Assembly: GCA_964016885.1 (NCBI GenBank)
Contig: OZ024745.1
Location: forward strand, 97,340,001-97,404,000
Origin: Eledone cirrhosa
Lineage: Eukaryota
DNA: 64,000 bases
Reading direction: 5' to 3'
In this document: one piece after another, positions 30,149 to 41,564 of the stretch
Numbering within the stretch: the first letter of the stretch is position 1
How the letters are laid out: each line of letters begins with the position of its first letter
Notes under the pieces: generated by a model
Seen by the model: the letters and a program-made list of their open reading frames with translations, nothing else
Databases searched by the model: none
What the model was told of the DNA's origin: nothing
Program-made: the position numbers and the translations under genes

Positions 30149-32922
30149 TTGCCCATTACGAGTAGAGGTGCTGCCCGTGGTGGAAGTCTTCGTGAGGGGA
30201 AAGCCACAGCGAGCCCTCGTGGACACGGGCTGTACGACGACATTGGTGACCGCGGGGTGGCGCAGAGGTGGAGAGGGAAGAGCAGCGTAAGGGCAGTCGA
30301 CGGCAGTAAAATTGAATGCCGAGGTCGCAGCGAGGTCGAGATGGCGGTACGGGGAAGGAAAATAAGGCTTTCTGCCATCGTAGTCGACAACGTGGTGGAT
30401 GGGATCGGCGTGGTTATGGGCATGGACGCAATTGGCCGTCTAGGAGGCGTCACAGTGAACAACGTCGGTGTGTCGTTTGGCGGCGCTGCATCGGTATGCG
30501 CTGTGAGTATGCGACAGGAGAACCAGAAGTCCCACGAGGAGAAATACTCCGCTTACACTGTGCAGGACAAAGACTTCAAGGCCATTGTCGATGGGCAGCG
30601 ATGGGTTGTTGAGTGGTACTGGAAGGGAGAACCACCAACACTGAAGACCAAAGTGGGCTGCTATCAACACACATTGAAGGGAGACATTAGGAGCGAGTTC
30701 GAGCGAGAGGTAGAGAGATGGATTGAGGAGGGCATACTGCTTCCCTGGAAAGAGGAGGTGAAGTGCGGAGTATTACCGTTAATGGCGGTAGCACAACCCA
30801 CGAAGAACAAGGTGAGGCCGGTGCTGGACTTTCGGGAGCTGAACGAACACGTGTCATGCCACACGGGTGGCGAGGTCACGGGTGTATGTGGGGAAACCCT
30901 GTGTGAGTGGAGACGCATGACGGGGGGTTCAGCAATCGTAGATCTAAAGTCGGCATACTTGCAATTGCATATAGATGAGAAGCTCTGGCAGTATCAGCTG
31001 GTCAGGTATAAGGGCCGGACATATTGCCTGACCAGGCTCGGTTTCGGGCTGAGATCCGCACCGAAGATCATGTCGGCGGTCCTCAAGACCATTCTGGGAA
31101 AGGCCGACAGGATGAAGAGGGCCACTAACTCCTACATTGACGACATCCTAGTGGACGACTCTGTAGTGTCGGCGGCGGAGGTCACGAGCCATTTACAGGG
31201 GTATGGACTGGCTGCGAAGCCGTCAGAAGCGTTGGAGGGAGGAGCCGCGCTGGGACTTAGGCTACGGCGAGACAGGACGGGCGTCTTGGTATTCCAGAGG
31301 GGAAATGAAGTTCCAGAACTGGGCCCAAGTATGAGTAGGCGGGAGCTTTTCTCGGTTTGTGGAAAGTTGGTGGGTCACTACCCGATTGCTGGGTGGCTCC
31401 GGACAGCATGCAGCTATGTCAAGAGACGAGCAGGAGGGGTGACTTGGAGTGACAGAGTGGGAGAGAGGACGGTGGCCATGATGCAGGAGATGTGGAGAGG
31501 GTGAAGGCCGACGACCCAGTGCGGGGACGCTGGTATGTTCCCAAATCGCAGAGCGGGACCATATGGTGCGATGCCAGCAGCATAGCGCTGGGTGTCACGT
31601 TGGAGATAGGAGGTGTTGAGGTCGAGGATGCAGCCTGGCTTAGGAAGAAGGACGACTGCAATCACATCAATGTGGCCGAACTGGACGCAGTGTTGAGAGG
31701 GGTGAACCTCGCCCTGAGGTGGGGACTGCGCACCATCGAGATACGCACTGACTCGGCTACTGTACTCGGATGGGTGAGATCAGTGCTCACCAGTGAGAAG
31801 AGAGTGCGAACGAGAGGGGCGGCGGAGATGCTGATAAAGCGCCGCCTGGGAACTTTAGGAGAGCTGGCCACCGAGTTCGACCTGAGGCTGAGTGTAGTTT
31901 TCGTGCCCTCACAGAAAAATAGGGCGGACGTCTTAACCAGGGTGAAGAAAGCCTGGATGGAAGCGCCGGAGGAGGTAGAAGATGAGATAGCTGCCGTGTG
32001 TCGGCTGACCGAGTCGGATCTGAAAGGGTTGCATGACATGCACCACATGGGAGTGGATAGGACCCTGTTCCTAGCCAGGATAATCGACTCGGACGTTAAC
32101 AAACACAGTGTTCAAAGGGTGGTTAGAGGCTGCGTCCGATGTCAGTCCATTGATCCCGCCCCGGGTGTACACGAAACGGGAAGCCTCCCGGTGGATCGCG
32201 ACTGGGAGCGATTGGCGGTGGATGTAACGCACTACCGACTGGGAACGTACCTCTCGATGGTCGACTGTGGACCAGAACGGATGGCGATATGGAGGGAGAT
32301 GAAAACTGGAACGGCAGAAGAAATCATGCGGACGTTGAGAGAGGTGTTCTTGGGGCGGGGCCCTGTGGGCGAACTGCTGCTGGACAACAGCGCAGCGTTC
32401 CGCTCGGAGGCGCTGAGGGAGATGCTCGATGGATGGCAGGTGGACCGTTTCTTCAGAGCAGCGCACAGGCCGAGCGGGAATGGAATTGTGGAGCAACACC
32501 ACCGGAGGATCAAGGCAATGGCGGAGCGGGGCCATATCTCACCAATGGAGGCAGTGTTCTGGTACAACATGTCCCCTCGGGTGGGACAGGTTGAGGAATC
32601 GGTGCCACACAGAGCAGTATTCAGATACGAGTGGCAGCACCCGTGCACGCCACCATAACGGCCAGTGGGGAGAGAGAATGCATTCGTGCAGGTGGGCGAA
32701 GAAGTCTGGGTTAAGCCCCCAGATGCACGTTGCAAATCTCAATGGGGAAGGGGAATGGTGACGGCCGTAAATTCTCAGAACAATGTGTCCGTGGACGGAG
32801 TACCCTGTCATGACCTGGATGTCCGTAGAATCACTGTGTCAACGGACTCCGAGGAAGAGGAAACTCAAAGTGCCGCCCCAACACTGCGGAGATCGCAAAG
32901 AAGTCGCAAACCACCAACCTAG
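30149..32922 (+). pseudogene. pol: pol (protease, RT, RNase H, integrase), frameshift near 31495 and stop at 32656
   Basis: VRPVLDFRELN, VDLKSAYLQ, LGFGL, YIDD (RT); WCDAS, AEL, TDS (RNase H); HHMG...CVRC, AVD, DN, GNGIVE (integrase). Confidence 0.92.
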
Positions 32923-33574
32923 ACAGCAGACTTTCATATGCAGAAGGACGAGGGGGAAATTGATCCTTGAGATCAGGGGGGAGTGTGGGTATGGTGTGGT
33001 GTGCGGTGGCCGGAAGCTGGGGAGTGCTCGACCGGAAGAGTGCTTGACCGGAAGGGTGCTTGGTCGGAAGGGTGCTCGACCGGAAGGGCCAGCAGATCGG
33101 TCTCTCTCTAGTGGTGACCAGGAATGGTGTGGACGCGAGTTTTGGCAGCTCCCGGGTGTTAACGAGTTGGACACACATGGAAGAGGAGAAACCAGCCATG
33201 GGATTTAGCGGCGCCTATGAAAAGCGGTAAGTGAGATAGCTTTTTCTAACCACATGTGTGTATACCTCTATTTGACTCCATGTAAGTGTGTAAGTGTATG
33301 TGTGTACATGTATATGTGTGTATAACATATTTGACTCCATGTAAGTGTGTAAGTGTATGTGTGTACATGTATATGTGTGTACACATCTATTTGATTCCAT
33401 CTAAATATGTAAGCGTATGTGTGAATGTGTGTGTATATATACATATATTTAACCATGTAAATATGTAAGTGCATGTGTGTACATGTATATGTGTATATAC
33501 ATATATTTGACTCTATGTAAGTGTATGTGTCTATACATTTGTGTGTTTGTGTGTGTGTGTGTGTGTGTTTGTGC

Positions 33575-33900
33575 ATGGACGCAGCATGGGCGAATGGTTA
33601 AGGAGTTTGTTTCGCAATTAGGTCTTGGGTTCAATCCCACTTCGTAGCATCTTTATCACAGGTCATTTCCTATAGCATCGAGATTACCCATGCCTTGTGA
33701 GTGAAATTGTTTAGGCAGAAACTGTTTAGAAGCCCCACAGATAGACTGCACATGTGATTCAAAGGGCCAGCCTTGTCACACACTCTACCATGCTGAGTCT
33801 CCCTGAGAATTACGTTAAAAGGTACACGTGTCTACAGAAATCTCTGCCTCTTTCATGTGAATTTCATGAGCGGGCTATACCGTTGATCGACAACGGCACC
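33575..33900 (+). mobile_element. tRNA-derived SINE
   Basis: A/B-box-like tgggcgaatggtta...ggttcaatccc head. Confidence 0.6.
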
Positions 33901-34379
33901 ATGCATCGTCGAAAACTGTGGAGGTCCATTTCATACAATTTTGTGGTCAGTGTAGTAGCGAAGGTTGTAAGTTCCAGTCTTCATCTATTACATGTTCCCT
34001 GTTAACATTATTAAAAAAGGCATAAATGCCACAACTTCTAGTGTTTAACCCTCATATAAAGGTCACGAAGGTATAGATATATATTTATCGAATACTCGTG
34101 GAAACTGTTTGTGTTTGTTTATACAGGCATGTAACTATATGTACGTGAAGATATGGTTATATTAATTATTTATATATCCCGCCGAGGTTGACTTTGCCTT
34201 TCATCCTTACGGGGTCGATAAAATAAAGTACCAGTAATGCACTGGGTAATTGCTGGCCTTGTGCCTAAAGTAGAAACAATTAATTATTTATATACATATT
34301 TGTAAACATACAAAATACATGTATACAGATATATAGCCAGTAATGTGTGTGTTCATGTGTAAATGCATATGATTATATA

Positions 34380-35560
34380 TCTATGTGTCTACTTCTATTA
34401 TGTGTATATGTGGTTGTAGATGCGTGTGTGTGTGTATATGTGTAAGTGTATATGTGTATCTGTGATTGAGGATGCGCGTGTGTGTGTATATGTGTATATG
34501 TGTGTGTATTAATGGATGAGCTGCTATCTATTTGTCTGTGTAAGCCTATGCTTATGTGTTTGTTTTTGTACACAATGTATGTACGTATGTACGTATGTAT
34601 GTATGTATGTACGTGTGTATGTATGCATGCATGTATGTATGCATGTATGTATGTATGCATGCATGTAGGCTTGCATGTATGTATGTATATGTATGTATGC
34701 AAGTATGTATGTATATGTATGTATGTCTGTACGTATGTATGCATGTATGTATGTATGCATGAATGCATGTATGTATGCATGCATGCATGTATGTATATGT
34801 ATATATGTATATGTATGTATGCAAGTATGTATGTATGCAAGCAAGTATGTATGTATGTATATATATATGCATGTATGTGTATGTATGTGTGTATTGTGAT
34901 ATGTGTGTCCGCATTCGTGATATGATACATGTATTTTTGCACAAAAATATGTGGCGTTTGTATTTGCTAGCCTGCTTATATATGTATATATGTATAGTCC
35001 CGCGCGGTGAAATTGGCCCAGGCGGACTAATTTTCGACAGCTTCGGATGAGTAAGAAACACCGGTTGTTTTTGTTGTTATTTAACAATTTGACATGAATC
35101 ACTCACATCTCTGTCTGGTCGGCCACAAACTCATCTGGAACTGCCGAAAAAGCTCCCGTGGGACAACATTTCACAGCAAGACAAAATTCATGCAAATATG
35201 ACTATATTTATTAATTCATAGACCACGCTCTGTCGGTACTCTTGTAATTATGGAGCTATGTAAGTATGTATGTATGTATTTATGTAGGTATGTATTTATG
35301 TATGTTTGTATGTTTGTATGTATGTATGAATGTATGTATGTTTATATGTATGTATGTTTGTTTGTTTTTAGATAGATGTTTGCATGTGTGTGTGTATGAA
35401 TATATCTATGTATGTTTGCGTGTATGTATGTATATATTTGAATATATAACTATGTATATTTGCGTGTATGTATGTATATATTTCTGTGTATCTATGTTTG
35501 TATATATGTATGTATATATGCGTATGTATGCATATATGTATGTTCGTACGTATGTATGTT
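34380..35560. repeat. Degenerate (TATG)n tracts
   Basis: gtat/gcat repeats, with a unique island at ~34995-35260. Confidence 0.85.
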
Positions 35561-35850
35561 CTGGTTTTATTATTTTATGATCTTTTACCATCACAGAAAG
35601 GGTGGGTTCCTAACATAAAACAAAACTCATTGGAATATAGACATCAACTAGGTAACGCACGCGCGCACGTATGTGTATGTGTGTGGGGGGGGGCGTGTGT
35701 GTGTATGTTATTGCATATGTCGGTCTGTATGTTTTGAGTTATATGTATACACATGCATAATGTTTCTGTATCTGCACATGTGTATATGCAGTTATTAGAT
35801 GCTGAATTCCGTATGCATGTATATATGAATGTATATATATGTATATATGT

Positions 35851-36430
35851 CAGGTCACCAGTTGGTGCTACTGGTAACATGTATCCCAGTACAACCTGTC
35901 TCATGGTCGCGTCCTTGGCGACTAAACTGGCAACCCCACCAAGGTTTCTTGGTGAGGAGGGTGACTTTAGACATCCTGCAGGACTAAAAACAAAACCTGT
36001 CAAAGGGCAAAGGAGCTCTTAAGAGTCAATGGCCATCCAAAATCACCGGGAGAGATGGCCTCTTAGCCTTTGTCAAGGCAGAATTCTAGGAGACGGAAAA
36101 CTCTGATATAACACCTGCAACCCTGATGGTATCCAATGATGTTGGTAAATATCATCTTGGTCAAGAGAGTGGGACTGCTTTGTGCACTGCCTTTGCTCAC
36201 TATAAAAGCTTCACGGCACAGGCATTGCTTTATATCTGGAGATCTCTCTGCACTTGTCGTCACATGGGACCAGCACTATGTGTCAATAACTGTCACAAGT
36301 GTAGTGTTTGTACCAGAGTTTTCAAGTCACTGGCTAGACTAAAAAGTCACTCTCGTTCAGCGCATCGGTAGGGGTTCTCCTACATGGATATAAAGTAGTG
36401 GCCGTACTCGAAAACGAGTTGGCAGCCACC
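35851..36430 (+). mobile_element. RTE-like LINE-derived non-autonomous element
   Basis: Ends with CHKCSVCTRVFKSLARLKSHSRSAHR; second copy at 11612-12020. Confidence 0.6.
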
Positions 36431-36440
36431 ATATATATGT

Positions 36441-36760
36441 ATAGGCGGCGGATTAGCAGAGTCGTTAGAACGTCGGATAGAATGTTTTATGTTATTCGTT
36501 GCAGATCTCTGCTATCTGAGTTCCAATCCTGCCGAGGTACACTTTGTATTTCATCCTTTCGAGGTCGATAAAAAAATACCAGTCTACAGTCTAGTACTAG
36601 GGCCGATTCTTCCTTTAAATCTCTTTTTCATTTCCTCTCTCTCACTTTCTATCTTTCTCAGGTCTGGAGAGGGATGGGCTCCGCCAGGCTTAAAATTGTC
36701 CAAGAAACGCTGTATGTCAATATCGCGCCCATCCGATTCTATCAGGAGTTACAGGCCCAT
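36441..36760. mobile_element. OK-like SINE + CT tract + conserved tail (composite; also 19880-20215 and 52365-52725)
   Basis: Same order of segments, ending ggctccgccaggcttaaaatt...aggagttac, in three places. Confidence 0.6.
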
Positions 36761-36831
36761 ATATATATGTATGCATGTTTGTATGTATGCTTGTACGTAT
36801 ATATGTATATATGTATGTATGTATATATGTA

Positions 36832-36876
<45 letters not shown>

Positions 36877-36879
<3 letters not shown>

Positions 36880-37361
36880 TATTGGTGCTCTGATATAGCG
36901 ATGTATACATGAATGTCTGTATAGTATATTTGGCAATATACCGTATGTTTAATTAAAAACATTTAGAAGACCATTCGCTATCAGTTTTAAAGTAGTGACT
37001 ATGTCACTTATTTATTTTCGGCAAAGGCTGGGAGAGAGGCTCACAGCTGTTTCTCGCTGATTGGCGTTTATCAAAGCCACGCAGTCTTTGCTGGACCGGC
37101 AATCGCTCTGTATAATCAGATCCTGATTATTACTGGAATTCTATAAGAATCCAGCTGCTATAATTTTCGGCAAAGGCAGGTGAGTGCATGGCTTTGATAA
37201 ACGCCAATCAGCGAGAAACAGCTGTTAGCCATTCTCCCAGCCTTTGCCGAAAATATAAGTAAGTGACATAGTCACTACTTTAAAACTGATAGCGAATGGT
37301 CTTCTAAATGTTTTTAATTAAACATACGGTATATTGCCAAATATACTATACATACGTTCAT
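36877..37361 (-). mobile_element. Family C HHR element with ~175-bp inverted arms
   Basis: 36909-37084 is the reverse complement of 37185-37361; TA-flanked. Confidence 0.8.
37190..37230 (+). ncRNA. Variant minimal hammerhead motif (U3-A8); mirror on - at 37038-37078
   Basis: GGCU-UUGAUAA-a-CGC-caauca-GCG-a-GAA-ACAGCUGU-U-AGCC. Confidence 0.55.
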
Positions 37362-37516
37362 ATATATATATATGTCTATATAAATATATATATATATATA
37401 TAAGACCAGTGGAAACATTGTTTCCTCGGTACGATTTGGCAGCTCCACCCCACTCGTAAAGGGAATGACGTCTGGGATCTTGTCTATTGATTAAAAAAAT
37501 ATATATATATACATAT

Positions 37517-39300
37517 ATTCTTTTACTCTTTTACCCGTTTCAGCCATCCGGCTGAAGCCATGCTGGGGCACCGCCCTTGTTGCTACACATTTTATCTCCA
37601 GCCTGTATAGGTTGGCCACTGGTGTAAGATGGAGTTTGTTGCTGCTGCCCTTAGGTTTCCCTCGTGCCTTGCTGTGGGCTCATCCGGGATCCTGGATAGC
37701 AAGGTGTCGAGATGTTTCTTGAAGACATCCACCTCCACGTCATGCAAATCTCTCAGATCCTCGGCAGCTTGTTGACGAGTTGAGGGCCCTTGAATCCCAG
37801 GCTTTTGCAATACCTGCTCCTTATTCTAGATGTGGAAGACGGGACCTTTGGCACCACATAGTGACGTCCTGTTCGACGGTTGGTCCATCTCCCAATGCCA
37901 AAGTTTGGTGCTAGTCCCTCCAGGATTTTCCACATGTAGATCACTGCGTATCTCTCCCGTCTTCGTTCCAAGGAGTAGAGGTTCAGTTCCTTTAGCCTCT
38001 CCCAGTAGCTTGTCTCCTTCATCGTGGCAATCCTCTTGGTGTAGCTTTGCTGGATTGCCTCAAGCTCCGTGGTTAGTTTGACACTATGGGGTGACCACAC
38101 CTGGGAGCAGTAGTCCAGGCGGCTTAGGACAAATGTCCTCCATAGTGTCAACATGGTGTCTCAGTCTCTTGTCTGGAAAGTCCTCAAGATCCAGCCAGCG
38201 AGTTGTCTGCACATTGTCGCCACTTTCATGTGTGAGGAAAAAGATGCATCATCGTTCATGTCTATGCCCAGGTCTCGTATCGATTTTGACATGGGGATAT
38301 CGATCCCTCCTGGTCCTGTCTAGTTGTGTTGTACTATATTTGTGTTTGCAGATTTGTTTGAAGGTTTGTATTGTAGGGCTTGGAATTTGCCAGCATTAAA
38401 CAGCATGTTGTTTTCTTGCGCCCATCTGTATATGGCATCCAGATCTTGTTGTAAAAGAGCAGCGTCAGCCGGGTTTTTGATTGCCTGTGCTACCTTAGTG
38501 TCATCAGCATAGCTAGTGAGGGATGTTGTTGTATTTACTACAGAGGGCATGTCTGAGAGAGCCACCAAAAACAGTAGCGGTCCCAGGACTGTCCCCTGGG
38601 GCACCCCACTTGTTATTGGTGTTTCCTTTGAGAAGGCCCCATTTGCTGCGACTGTCTGGCTTCTGTCCTTTAGGAAGTCATGCAGCCACTCACCTACTTT
38701 TCCAGTTATGCCGAGTCCGTGTAGTTTGTGACATATCATTCCGTGGTCGACCTTGTCAAAGGCCTTCGCAAAGTCAAGATATATCACGTCCACATGTGAG
38801 CTGTCTACTAGTTGTTTCAGTACCCAGGCGTAGTGATGTAGCAGCTGTGTAAGGCAGCTTCTTCCTGGGCGGAAGCCATGTTGCGTGCTAGTCAGGCGGT
38901 CATTTTCCTCGAGGAAAGTGATCAGTTTCTTTCTGACGATTCGCTCCATGACCTTACTGATATGCGACGTCAGGGAGACTGGTCTATAGTTTTTGGCCTC
39001 CGCTCTGCTACCTCCTTTATGGATAGGGTATATTGTGCCTTCTTTCAGCTCCCTGGGTAGTACACCGGTAGTACACCTTCTGAAGAGCATCTTCAGTGGA
39101 GTTGCTAAGGCCCGCTTACATGTTTTTAAGAGAACTGCTGGGAATCCATCAGGTCCAGCAGCTGAGTCTATTCTAATTTCATCTATGGCGTACACCACAT
39201 CCTCCTCCGTTATGTCTATGTGGTTGATGGTCGCCATTTCTTCATGTAGTGTTGTGGCATCAAAGAACTTCTCTGGCTTCGTTATTTGCATGTGCCTCAG
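37517..39300 (-). mobile_element. 5'-truncated CR1/L2-group LINE (RT + C-terminus + 3' UTR), frameshifted
   Basis: AGPDG, NYRPVSLTS, QHGFRPGRSC, YLDFAKAFDKV, SGVPQGTVLGPLLF, YADD, LYSLERRRER; short-repeat 3' tail. Confidence 0.92.
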
Positions 39301-39425
39301 TGGACATATATATATATTCATTTATTATAAGAACAGATTAAGTTTAAGAGAAGCATCTTATAATAAATATTTCCTATATATATAATCCTTATCAGGCTTC
39401 TTCGGGTTTTATTCTTCACATTTAT

Positions 39426-39502
<77 letters not shown>

Positions 39503-39507
<5 letters not shown>

Positions 39508-39686
39508 AGTATGACCCCGACGGCAGAGCTCAAGCCGTTTCGACGGCTATTTCTAAATAGCCGTCGAAACGGCTTGAGCTCTGCCGTCGGGGTCATACTT
39601 TTTCCTATTTCCCACTCTACTACCCTAAGTATTGAGTACTCTGGTGCGGTATGGTCCATTTGGTTCCTTACCGCAATTCCTTTGTT
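39503..39686 (+). mobile_element. Family B element, perfect palindrome 39503-39604
   Basis: Centre ggctattt-ct-aaatagcc; TATTGAGTAC at 39630; lies between (GA)n and (TA)n. Confidence 0.75.
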
Positions 39687-39738
39687 ATATATATATATAT
39701 ATAAGATGTGTAAGATGTTCCTTACCTCAATTCCTTTG

Positions 39739-39790
<52 letters not shown>

Positions 39791-40187
39791 TAAACGAGGT
39801 ATCGTATAAGGTAATCCATATATATATATGTATGAGTGTGTGACTGTGTGTGTGTTTGTATATATGTATGTATATATGTATAAATGTATATATGTATCAT
39901 GTGTGAATATATTTGAATGTATGCATATGTATGGAATATGATAATGTATGTATGCATGTGTATATGTGTGAGATGAGGCATGTATTGTCTAAACGCCACC
40001 AAAGACGTGTGTAGCCATGATGATGTTGTTTGATGACAGACTCTATGGCCTCTGATCAGTACAGTTTGTAAATAGCAACAGTTAGCAGCCATGTTGTTAA
40101 TATGGGGAGTTGCGTGTGAGGAGACGACGGTATTGGATGGACATTAGAAATTGAACCTGTGTGTGTGTGTGATTGTGTGTGTGTGGT

Positions 40188-40257
<70 letters not shown>

Positions 40258-40285
40258 CAGAGTCGACAGATAATCATATATATAT

Positions 40286-40473
40286 AATTGTTTCTACTTT
40301 AGGCACAAGGCCAGCAATTACCCAGTGCATTACTGGTACTTTATTTTATCGACCCCGTAAGGATGAAAGGCAAAGTCAACCTCGGCGGGATTTGAACTCA
40401 GATCGTAAAGGGACGTAACTATGCTGGAAAGCATGGCGTCCGACCCTCTACCGATACTGCCAATCCACCGCCC
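40286..40473. mobile_element. SINE (OK-like), near full length
   Basis: Family consensus motifs intact. Confidence 0.8.
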
Positions 40474-40627
40474 TTATATATATAATAGGAGGTTAACAAG
40501 GTTTCCCTGCTAGTACCGGTTGCATCTCAGCGTACTCAATAGGTAAGGGTATGTATAAATCCCAGAGTACACACAGTTATTTGCCTTGATATATATATAT
40601 ATAGCAATCTTCATATATATATATATA

Positions 40628-40836
40628 TATAACGAAGGAAATGTGGTAAGGAACCAGGTGGACCATAACGCACCAAAGTACTCAATACTTAGGGTAGTAG
40701 AGTGGGTAATAGGAACGAGTAGGACCCCGACGGCTGAGCTCAAGCCGTTTCGACGGCTAATTCTGGACCCGAATTAGCCGTCCAGAATTAGTCGTCGAAA
40801 CGGCTTGAGCTCAGCCGTCGGGGTCCTACTCGTTCC

Positions 40837-40840
<4 letters not shown>
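40628..40840 (-). mobile_element. Family B element with fold-back palindrome 40708-40839
   Basis: Nearly identical to 12593-12790; TA-flanked. Confidence 0.75.
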
Positions 40841-40896
<56 letters not shown>

Positions 40897-40906
40897 GGAA
40901 GATTGC

Positions 40907-40996
<90 letters not shown>

Positions 40997-41564
40997 GGAA
41001 GATAGCTAGACAGACAGACAGTCAGACAGTCAAACATAAGGTGAGTCAAACAGTCAGACAAACAGTCAGACAGAAAAATAGCCAGATAGTCAAACAGATG
41101 AATCATAGATAGACAGATAGATGACATAAAATCTATTAGACATTGATAACGTTATATAGAGGGGAAGGAGAGAGAGAGAGAAGTTGTATATAGATATGAG
41201 AGGGGCAGAGTGAGGAAGAAAGGAAGAAGTAGAGAGAAAGGTGTGTGTAGTTATGAGAGGAACAGTGTGAGTGAGAGAAGAAGAAGAAGAAGAAGAAGAA
41301 GAGAGAGAAATACAGTTATATAGGAGGGTGACAGAGACAGAGCGAAAGGTACATGAGACAATGATATTGAAAAGTGTGTGGGTGTATATATTTGTGTGAG
41401 TGTGTGTGTGTGTGTCTATGTGTGTGTGTGCTTGCGTTGTATGTGTGTGTGATTGTGTATGTGTGTGTGCGTTTGTGTGTGTATTCGTGTAAGTGTATAT
41501 TTGTGTGTGAGAGAGAGGGGGAGAGGGAAAGAGAGAGAGAGAGAAAGATAGATGGAGAGAGAGA

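Larger units (their letters stand above)
29215..33254 (+). mobile_element. Ty3/Gypsy LTR retrotransposon, ~4.0 kb, defective
   Basis: LTRs at ~29215-29474 and 32984-33254 (TG...CA, about 6 substitutions); PPT aggggggag at 32975-32983; domain order gag-PR-RT-RH-IN. Confidence 0.95.

Noticed and set aside
39325-39425. Degenerate hammerhead-like segment on the minus strand (related to 62635-62680)
   Set aside because: Core mismatched and stems II/III not convincing.
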